Positions 9,492-16,078 of a DNA stretch of 22,583 bases are shown here, piece by piece. The notes under the pieces were generated by a model, which was not told the DNA's origin, made no database searches, and was given only the letters and a program-made list of their open reading frames with translations. Source of the stretch: Methanocellales archaeon (lineage in GTDB: Archaea; Halobacteriota; JAWCLZ01); NCBI GenBank assembly GCA_038850285.1, contig JAWCMA010000019.1:1-22583 (forward strand), in the 5' to 3' direction. Position numbers and translations under genes: made by a program. Each line of letters begins with the position of its first letter. The first letter of the stretch is position 1.

Positions 9492-9594
9492 TGCGACTTG
9501 GCTCTATACTTTAAGGAGGTTAAGGGGGCTGAAAAATTTTCAAAAAATTTTTCGATAGGGAGGAGCCTTCCTTAAATCTGTATGCCAAGTCGCA
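9492..9594 (-). other. Bulge-helix-bulge hairpin enclosing a putative 74-nt intron (9504-9577) in an mRNA leader
   Basis: Minus strand: outer 11-bp helix TGCGACTTGGC/GCCAAGTCGCA, central 4-bp ATAC/GTAT, two 3-nt AGA bulges each 3' of the central helix, inner helix TTTAAGG/CCTTAAA and apical GAAAAATTT/AAATTTTTC. Confidence 0.75.
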
Positions 9595-9720
9595 GTTCTT
9601 AATTGAATTTAAATGCAACTGCACCAAATCCATCCCCTCCTAGACCCACCCCTTTATTTCCACTGGAAGGTTTCTTCATTTTTTTCATTCAATTTTTTTC
9701 AAAATAACATGATCATTTCT

Positions 9721-9738
9721 TATATATAAAGTTTTCTA
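9721..9738 (-). promoter_or_regulatory. BRE/TATA promoter for the BHB leader and C2H2 transcript
   Basis: Minus strand reads AGAAAAC TTTATATATA; transcription start predicted near 9700. Confidence 0.6.
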
Positions 9739-9879
9739 TTTAAAAATTAGAATTTTATTATAAATTTAAAAAATTTTTTATTTAACTTAAAAATTAGGGA
9801 AGATAGGGTATAATCAAAAACCAAGGCAAAGCAAAAAATAAAAAAGAATAATTCGGTTTTGTTTATTTATATAATTTTT

Positions 9880-10308
9880 TTATAAAATTCTCAATAGTTG
9901 AATATCGAAGGTCAAGTCTTTCCCGGCTAATGGATGATTGGCATCTAATGTAATAGTCGACTCAGTAACCTCCACCACATATACAAAAGCTATGCTGCCA
10001 TTCGCTTGGCGAATTTGTAACCTCTGGCCTTTTCTTGGTTGAAAGTATAGAGGAAGTTTGCCCCTCTCAACTGTTAATATCAATTCCTTGCGATATGGCC
10101 CATATGCTTCAGCTGCAGGTATTTTAATGGTTTTGGTTTCACCCTCATTCATTCCAATTACAGCTTGTTCAAAGCTCGGGATCAGCTGCTCCTCACCTAT
10201 TGTGAACTGCAAAGGCTCCCGGGAAGCAGAGGTATCAAATACAGTACCATCATCCAGTTTACCTGTATAGTGAACGAGTACAGTATCACCATTTTTCGCC
10301 TGCACCAT
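9880..10308 (-). CDS. FKBP-type peptidyl-prolyl cis-trans isomerase (SlyD-like, insert-in-flap, no His-rich tail)
   Basis: VLVHYTGKLDDGTVFDTS, IP.FE.A..GM, AEAYG and LDANHPLAGKDLTFDI; RBS AGGAGG. Confidence 0.95.
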   Translation of the reverse strand: MVQAKNGDTVLVHYTGKLDDGTVFDTSASREPLQFTIGEEQLIPSFEQAVIGMNEGETKTIKIPAAEAYGPYRKELILTVERGKLPLYFQPRKGQRLQIRQANGSIAFVYVVEVTESTITLDANHPLAGKDLTFDIQLLRIL

Positions 10309-10443
10309 TTCTATCCTCCTTTATAGCTTATAATACTTCGAATAACATCTTGCAGAAATATGAAATTGCTAAGGGCAATTACTTGCACCGAAGCAAGGTC
10401 ATATAACCAAGGTGTTTAGCTTTTTTGTGTGAATATGTAAGAT

Positions 10444-10690
10444 GCGAACTACCGCCTTTCGCAGGTGGCTTCCTGCTTCTGCGACCAGACTCGATCCCCG
10501 CACATTCACAGCGGAGGCCTCGGCAAATGAGACCGTTTCCACGCAGCCCGCGTAAATGGTGGGTTACGGAGGTATGATCTCCACAGGCGTAACTTCGGCT
10601 TATCCATGCCTAGTTGAGGATAAATATGACAAATAAAAAGATAAGAGTTTCGCTCTCATTCCCCAGCTTACGCAGAGAGCTTTCTCGCTT
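10444..10690 (-). mobile_element. Non-autonomous IS200/IS605-family element (~250 bp) retaining a TnpB omega-RNA-like right end
   Basis: Minus strand: left-end-like AAGCGAGAAAGC-hairpin-ATGAGAGCG; the tnpB 3' signature GAAGTTACGCCTGTGGAG (EVTPVE); right end GAAGCAGGAAGCC-hairpin-GGTAGTTCGC. It is a GC-rich island in AT-rich DNA with no transposase ORF. Confidence 0.75.
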
Positions 10691-10761
10691 GAAAGTTAAA
10701 GAGATTGGATTAGGATTAATTTCATTTATTTTATTTGATAATTGACCTAAACATAGGGTAG

Positions 10762-10777
10762 CATAACTTTAAATATA
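10762..10777 (+). promoter_or_regulatory. TATA box upstream of the CxxC-x17-CxxC gene
   Basis: CATAAC TTTAAATATA lies about 100 bp before the ATG, implying a ~75-nt 5' UTR. Confidence 0.55.
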
Positions 10778-10801
10778 ATCAAAGCAATTTCAATTTGGTA
10801 T

Positions 10802-10816
10802 ACTCGGGATTTCAAC
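10802..10816 (+). repeat. 15-bp exact direct repeat ACTCGGGATTTCAAC, copy 2
   Basis: Identical to 9133-9147; lies at the predicted 5' end of the CxxC-x17-CxxC transcript. Confidence 0.8.
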
Positions 10817-10875
10817 TTATTTTTTATAATAAGTTATAGAATCTCTTGTATAACTAAAGAAAAAAGGTGAAATAA

Positions 10876-11034
10876 ATGGCATTTAGAGGTTTTTCAGGAC
10901 CGAGAGAGATGTACAAAGTTATATGCGCAGATTGCCATGTGGAAACAGAAGTTCCATTCAAGCCTGATGGCAATAGACCCGTTTACTGCAGAGAATGCTA
11001 TCAGAAACATAGAAAATCAAGAAGGAGATTCTAG
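10876..11034 (+). CDS. 52-aa CxxC-x17-CxxC domain zinc-binding microprotein (not in ORF track)
   Basis: MAFRGFSGPREMYKVICADCHVETEVPFKPDGNRPVYCRECYQKHRKSRRRF has the family signature C..C.....VPF.P...RPVYC..C; RBS AGGTGA. Confidence 0.93.
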   Translation: MAFRGFSGPREMYKVICADCHVETEVPFKPDGNRPVYCRECYQKHRKSRRRF

Positions 11035-11103
11035 TAATGCATCAACCTTAATTTTTATTATTTAATTTATTTAATTTTTAATTTACAATTATTTTATTCG
11101 AAG

Positions 11104-12066
11104 GTGGAGCTGTTGACAAGGGAAGTTGAAAGAGCAAAATACAAGCTGGAAGAGGAAGATAAATTAATATGCTCTGAGTGTGGCAGTAGATTGCTTATTC
11201 ACGATTATGAAAGAGCAGAACTAGTATGCTCCAACTGCGGCTTGGTTATCGACGAGGCTTTTATCGATCTAGGCCGTGAATGGCGAGCTTTCGATCACGA
11301 CCAAAGAATGAGGCGCTCAAGAGTAGGCGCTCCCATGACCTACACCATTCACGATAAAGGTTTATCTACAACTATTGACTGGAGAAATCGCGATGCCCAT
11401 GGCAAGCCGATTTCCCCTAAATATCGAGCGCAGCTCTATCGCTTGAGGAAGTGGCAGAGAAGAATAAGAGTGAGCAATGCCACAGATCGCAATCTTGCTT
11501 TTGCACTCTCTGAAATCGATAGAATAGCAAGCGCACTTGGACTCCCGAGAAATATTAGGGAGAACGCTGCCATCATTTATCGCAAAGCAGTGGATAGAAA
11601 TCTCATTAGAGGTAGAAGTATAGAGGGAGTTGCAGCTGGGGCGCTGTATGCATCCTGCAGACAGAGCAATGTACCCAGAACGCTTGATGAAATAGCACAG
11701 GTTTCTAGGGTAAGCAGAAAAGAAGTCGGCAGAACATATAGATTCATCTCAAGGGAGCTTGCACTTATGCTCGTGCCAACTTCACCCATAGATTATATCC
11801 CTAGATTTTGCTCAGGCTTGAATTTAAGAGGCGAGGTACAATCCAAGGCAGCTGAGATCATTAGACAAGCCGCGGCAAAAGAGTTAACAAGCGGTAGAGG
11901 CCCAACTGGTTTAGCAGCGGCCGCGATCTACATCTCCACAATTCTATGTGGAGAGCGCAGGACTCAGCGAGAGGTGGCAGAGATAGCTGGGGTTACTGAG
12001 GTTACCATTCGCAATCGCTATAAAGAACTCGCGGAAGAGCTTGATATTGAAATTGTAATTCAATAA
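11104..12066 (+). CDS. tfb: Transcription initiation factor IIB
   Basis: Zn ribbon CSEC...CSNC, EWRAF, RSRVGAP, HDKGLST, two cyclin repeats ([34 protein letters not shown]). TTG 11113 with an AGGTGG RBS is a plausible alternative start. Confidence 0.98.
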   Translation: MELLTREVERAKYKLEEEDKLICSECGSRLLIHDYERAELVCSNCGLVIDEAFIDLGREWRAFDHDQRMRRSRVGAPMTYTIHDKGLSTTIDWRNRDAHGKPISPKYRAQLYRLRKWQRRIRVSNATDRNLAFALSEIDRIASALGLPRNIRENAAIIYRKAVDRNLIRGRSIEGVAAGALYASCRQSNVPRTLDEIAQVSRVSRKEVGRTYRFISRELALMLVPTSPIDYIPRFCSGLNLRGEVQSKAAEIIRQAAAKELTSGRGPTGLAAAAIYISTILCGERRTQREVAEIAGVTEVTIRNRYKELAEELDIEIVIQ

Positions 12067-12310
12067 GCAAGATTACAAATAGGCCGGGCAAGAGGTTAAC
12101 CGCCACAACCTTTCAAATATTTCTGCTCTAAGGAGATCTTGCCGAGAAATCAAGCGAATTTTCGCTAGAGAATCGCCTAACACAGCATATATAATTTGCT
12201 TCCTTCACCCAAATTGCCTTCAGCAACTTTTTTTATGCAACGCATAGCGACATTGATTAATCTAATCTTTAATTAATTATTAACATATAAAGGTACAAAA
12301 AAGCACAATA

Positions 12311-12396
12311 CGGGCCGGAAGGGATTTGAACCCCTGACCAATGGGTTTCTCCACTTGCTAAGAGCCCATCGCTCTACCTGACTAAGCCACCGGCCC
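12311..12396 (-). tRNA. tRNA-Lys(CTT) with 12-nt intron at 37/38 (12347-12358)
   Basis: GGGCCGG/CCGGCCC acceptor stem, ATGGG/CCCAT anticodon stem, loop CT-CTT-A-[GCAAGTGGAGAA]-A, T arm AGGGG-TTCAAAT-CCCTT, discriminator G; CCA not encoded. Confidence 0.96.
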
Positions 12397-12447
12397 ATTT
12401 CTGAGGTAGGAATATATATCACATCCTTGCTATATATGTTGCGATTG

Positions 12448-13890
12448 ATGAAAAACCGAGCAAAGACAGTTTGTGCGCTATTAGGCGCAGCTGATGTGGT
12501 TTCTGGAATTGCAAGAAAGCTCCAGGCACAGGATAAAACAGTGGTGCTTGTAGAAGAGGATGAAAAGCGCATTGAATCGCTGAAAGCAAGTAATTTCGAG
12601 GTAATTAAAGGCAGAACGGCAATGGTTTTAGAAGCAATTGGCAAACTTGGCGTGGATTGCGCGCTTATTCTCGATAGAAATTTCAAATTGAATAGAAAAG
12701 CGGTGAAATATTTCAAAAGAAGATATCCATTGATTCACATAGTTGCTAGAGCTTCCACTGTAAAGCAAAAAGAGGTGCTTGAGAAACTAGGAGCGGATTT
12801 AGTAATCCATACCCCATCACTTGTTGAAAATATGATTTTATGGCATCTGGAGAAGATTGATTCCATCAAGCGAGCTAAGGAACTGCTGAGTATAATCGCC
12901 GAAACAAGAAATAAAAAACTCGCCATAGTTCTGCACGATAACCCAGATCCAGATGCACTTGCCAGTGCTATGGCTTTAAAGGCAATTGCCGCTAGCATAG
13001 GCGTTGATTCAGAAGTGCTGTATAATGGTGAGATTACTCAAAGGGAGAATAGAGCTTTTGTGGATTTTTTGAAAATAAAGCTAAGTAGACTGAATAAATC
13101 CAAGTTGAAGCAATATGGTAAAATTGCACTTGTCGACAATTCAATACCCTCTATTTACAATGCCCTTCCCGAGGGATATAAAGTTGATATAGTGATCGAC
13201 CACCATCCTGCTGAAGCTGGAGAAGTACGCGCTAGCTTCATAGATATTAGATCAAATATTGGTTCAACTTCAACGATCATGACAAAATATCTACAGGAGC
13301 TTGATATTCAAATCAACAAAGAGCTTGCAGCTGCATTGCTGCACGGCATTCGAATTGATACCATGGACTTTAGAAGAGATACCCATCCCGCTGATCTAGC
13401 CGCAGCTGGTTTTTTATATCCAATTGCAGACCACGAGCTGCTTGAGAAGATAGAAACAACCTCTATTTCGCTTGAATATGTAGATGCCTTTGCAAATTCA
13501 ATTCGCAATAAGCGAATAATCCACTCATGTCTTTTTTCAAATGTAGGCTTTCTTAACGAAAGAGATGCACTACCTCAGGCTGCAGATTTCCTCCTTTATT
13601 TAGAGGGAATAACCACAACCGTGGTCTATGGTATTATTGAAAATAATTTACATATTTGCGCTAGGTCTAGGAATCGCAGGATCTATCTGGGTAAAATGCT
13701 AAGGGAGGCTTTTGCTGACATTGGCTCAGCTGGAGGGCATCATAACGTAGCAGCTGCTTTGATTCCATTGAGTATTTTCCCCAAGCAAAGTTATGGGCAA
13801 AAGCTGCTTAAACTCGCTGATGAACTAGTGGTGGAAAGATTTCTAGCTGCTCTTAAAAAGCAATCCTCTGTCAACTATGATTTACAGTAA
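12448..13890 (+). CDS. DHH family phosphoesterase with N-terminal TrkA-N/RCK-like domain
   Basis: HDNPDPDA, LVD, IDHH, GIRIDT and GSAGGH motifs; N-terminal Rossmann-like domain (LGADLVI.P). Start uncertain (12427, 12436 or 12448). Confidence 0.9.
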   Translation: MKNRAKTVCALLGAADVVSGIARKLQAQDKTVVLVEEDEKRIESLKASNFEVIKGRTAMVLEAIGKLGVDCALILDRNFKLNRKAVKYFKRRYPLIHIVARASTVKQKEVLEKLGADLVIHTPSLVENMILWHLEKIDSIKRAKELLSIIAETRNKKLAIVLHDNPDPDALASAMALKAIAASIGVDSEVLYNGEITQRENRAFVDFLKIKLSRLNKSKLKQYGKIALVDNSIPSIYNALPEGYKVDIVIDHHPAEAGEVRASFIDIRSNIGSTSTIMTKYLQELDIQINKELAAALLHGIRIDTMDFRRDTHPADLAAAGFLYPIADHELLEKIETTSISLEYVDAFANSIRNKRIIHSCLFSNVGFLNERDALPQAADFLLYLEGITTTVVYGIIENNLHICARSRNRRIYLGKMLREAFADIGSAGGHHNVAAALIPLSIFPKQSYGQKLLKLADELVVERFLAALKKQSSVNYDLQ

Positions 13891-14157
13891 ATAGGATTTT
13901 TGATATTGATAAATGATAGATACAAATAACCTCTTCTGCTGGGTGCAAGGAAGGGGGCATGAGGATATGAAATACGAGGCAATGGATACCAAGCATACTC
14001 ATTAACTCTAGAGAACTCTCGCATCTCTATAGTCTATTGTCTTCGAGCATGGTGAATATAGTTTTTAGTTTTTTCTTCCAAATGATGGCGATAACTTCAA
14101 ACAATTTCGAAGCTATCAATATATTTTTATCCCACTCGAAACAACTATATCGCAAGT

Positions 14158-15414
14158 ATGAAATGGAAAGTTATAACATTTGCAATTATAACAATTGCTC
14201 TTGCCACTATTGCAAATGTTTTATTATTATATAATTCCCCCGAAAATATATCCAACAGAGCAAACGATACAAGTGCAACCTCCGAAGGTATAAGCAGTAT
14301 TGTAAATGCTAATAATCAATTTGCTTTAGACCTCTACTCTGAACTTAATAATGAAACGGGTAATCTCTTTTTCTCACCCCTCAGTATTTCAACGGCTTTT
14401 GCGATGATTTATGAAGGTGCACGTGGACAAACGGCAGAGGAAATACAATCTATATTTCATTTTCCAGAAGACAATACCACGCGCAGGTCGTCATTTGCAG
14501 CAATCTATAATCAGCTAAATAAGGAGAGTGGTAGATGTAAGCTTCATACAGCAAATGCATTATGGATTCAAAAAAATTATCCAACATTGGATGAATTCAC
14601 AACCCTTATTCTAAGATATTATGCAGGAAATGCTACAAATCTTGATTTCGAAGGAGCTACTGAAGAAGCACGCTTGACGATTAATAATTGGGTGGATGAT
14701 AAAACAAATGGCAAAATAAAAGATTTATTTCCACAGGGTTCTTTGAATAGCTTGACCCGTCTGGTACTAACAAATGCAATTTACTTCAAAGGAAACTGGG
14801 TTAAACAATTTGACAAAAATGGAACCATACCAGAAGCATTCAGAGTAAGTCCAAATAATACTGTGCAAGTTGATATGATGAGACGTACCGATGAAGAATC
14901 AAAGTTTAATTATACGGAAACAGAAGAACTGCAAATCCTTGAAATGCTCTACGAGGGCAAAGACTTATCTATGCTTATTCTTCTCCCGAAGAATGATGAT
15001 ATAAAAACTCTTGAAAAGTCACTTACACTAGAGAAATTGAAAGAATGGAAGAATAGTTTGAAAGAACAACGAGTTAATGTCTTCATACCTAAATTCACTT
15101 TTAACCGCAAATATATTCTAAATGAAAACCTTAAAGCAATGGGTATGCCTTCAGCCTTCACACCTGGAAGTGCAGACCTCTCTGGAATAGATGGCACGAG
15201 AAATCTTTTTATTCAAATCGTAATTCACCAGTCTTTTGTGGATGTTAATGAAGAAGGCACAGAAGCAGCAGCTTCAACAGGCGTTGGAATTGGACTCACA
15301 TCAATTACTCCAAAAGTTCCAATATTTAGAGCAGACCATCCATTCATATTCTTAATTCAAGAGAAAAAAACCGGAAATATCTTATTCTTAGGCAAAGTGG
15401 TTGATCCCAGATAA
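14158..15414 (+). CDS. Secreted or membrane-anchored serpin (serine protease inhibitor)
   Basis: NLFFSPLSI, GARGQT, INNWV...TNGKI, LVLTNAIYFKGNW, IPKF, hinge EEGTEAAAST, FRADHPFIFLI and ILFLGKVVDP; hydrophobic N-terminal segment. Confidence 0.97.
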   Translation: MKWKVITFAIITIALATIANVLLLYNSPENISNRANDTSATSEGISSIVNANNQFALDLYSELNNETGNLFFSPLSISTAFAMIYEGARGQTAEEIQSIFHFPEDNTTRRSSFAAIYNQLNKESGRCKLHTANALWIQKNYPTLDEFTTLILRYYAGNATNLDFEGATEEARLTINNWVDDKTNGKIKDLFPQGSLNSLTRLVLTNAIYFKGNWVKQFDKNGTIPEAFRVSPNNTVQVDMMRRTDEESKFNYTETEELQILEMLYEGKDLSMLILLPKNDDIKTLEKSLTLEKLKEWKNSLKEQRVNVFIPKFTFNRKYILNENLKAMGMPSAFTPGSADLSGIDGTRNLFIQIVIHQSFVDVNEEGTEAAASTGVGIGLTSITPKVPIFRADHPFIFLIQEKKTGNILFLGKVVDPR

Positions 15415-15729
15415 AAAAGCTCGCCACTTCCAATTTTCTTATTCAATTCAATATATTCTCGGCCTATTTGTTAGTCTTATTTACCTGCACAAATAATTCC
15501 ATGTCATATATGTGAGATTGGAGATGGGGGGCTTAAAAGAAATATTATTATCCAATTTTTGGAGAATAGTTTTTGGCAATGAAGATTTGATTAAACTCTC
15601 TATAAGGCTATCGAACTATGGTGAGGCAAATATACCCCTGCTGCCAGTGGTAAAATAGCTATCTCAGCTTATTTTTCTATGGCAATCAGCGAAATTATCG
15701 AGGCTTCAAAAGCAATAAAACTTATAATT

Positions 15730-15987
15730 TCAGCTCTTGAGTCCTCGATATCCAATGTATATTAAAGCCAGTGCAAATAAAAATCCAGCGATTTTAGGAT
15801 CAAGCTGCAGCTGTTTAAACATCGCAATGATCAATCCCTCGAGGGGTGGATATATATATCTCATAAGCTCGAGAGCTATCGATCCAAGGGGGGTGAATAT
15901 CAAGAAAATGAATATTCCTAGGAGCATGGTTAAAAGATAAAAAATCCTTTTGCGAAGCGATGGCTTCTCTGGGCTTTCTTTATTCAT
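15730..15987 (-). CDS. Small hypothetical membrane protein (2 TM)
   Basis: 85-aa ATG-initiated ORF with a basic N-terminus and two hydrophobic helices; family not recognised. Confidence 0.65.
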   Translation of the reverse strand: MNKESPEKPSLRKRIFYLLTMLLGIFIFLIFTPLGSIALELMRYIYPPLEGLIIAMFKQLQLDPKIAGFLFALALIYIGYRGLKS

Positions 15988-16078
15988 TTCAGATCCCTAT
16001 TTTCCAACAATACACTAAAGCCTTCAGCACGTTAAATTTAAATAGTTCTTATATTTATATTTTAAATAAAATTTGGGG

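Noticed and set aside
9355-9558. 67-aa + strand ORF from the track
   Set aside because: It is the antisense shadow of the C2H2 gene, which has the motif and RBS.
9492-9594. Hairpin read as a terminator, SECIS, C/D or H/ACA RNA, or split-tRNA half
   Set aside because: No C/D boxes, ACA tail or tRNA arms are present, and no Sec-type gene is nearby. The exact 3-4-3 bulge geometry is better explained as a BHB. A MITE origin is not fully excluded.
9658-9669. Palindrome TTCCACTGGAAG, also at 20119-20130
   Set aside because: The second copy lies inside the AN1 coding sequence; two 12-mers in unlike contexts do not support a regulatory site.
12067-12310. Protein-like minus-strand fragments between tfb and the tRNA 3' end; possible integration scar
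   Set aside because: No recognisable family, no integrase and no duplicated tRNA 3' end seen.
12273-12716. 147-aa minus-strand ORF
   Set aside because: It runs through the tRNA gene and antisense to the DHH gene, so it is spurious.
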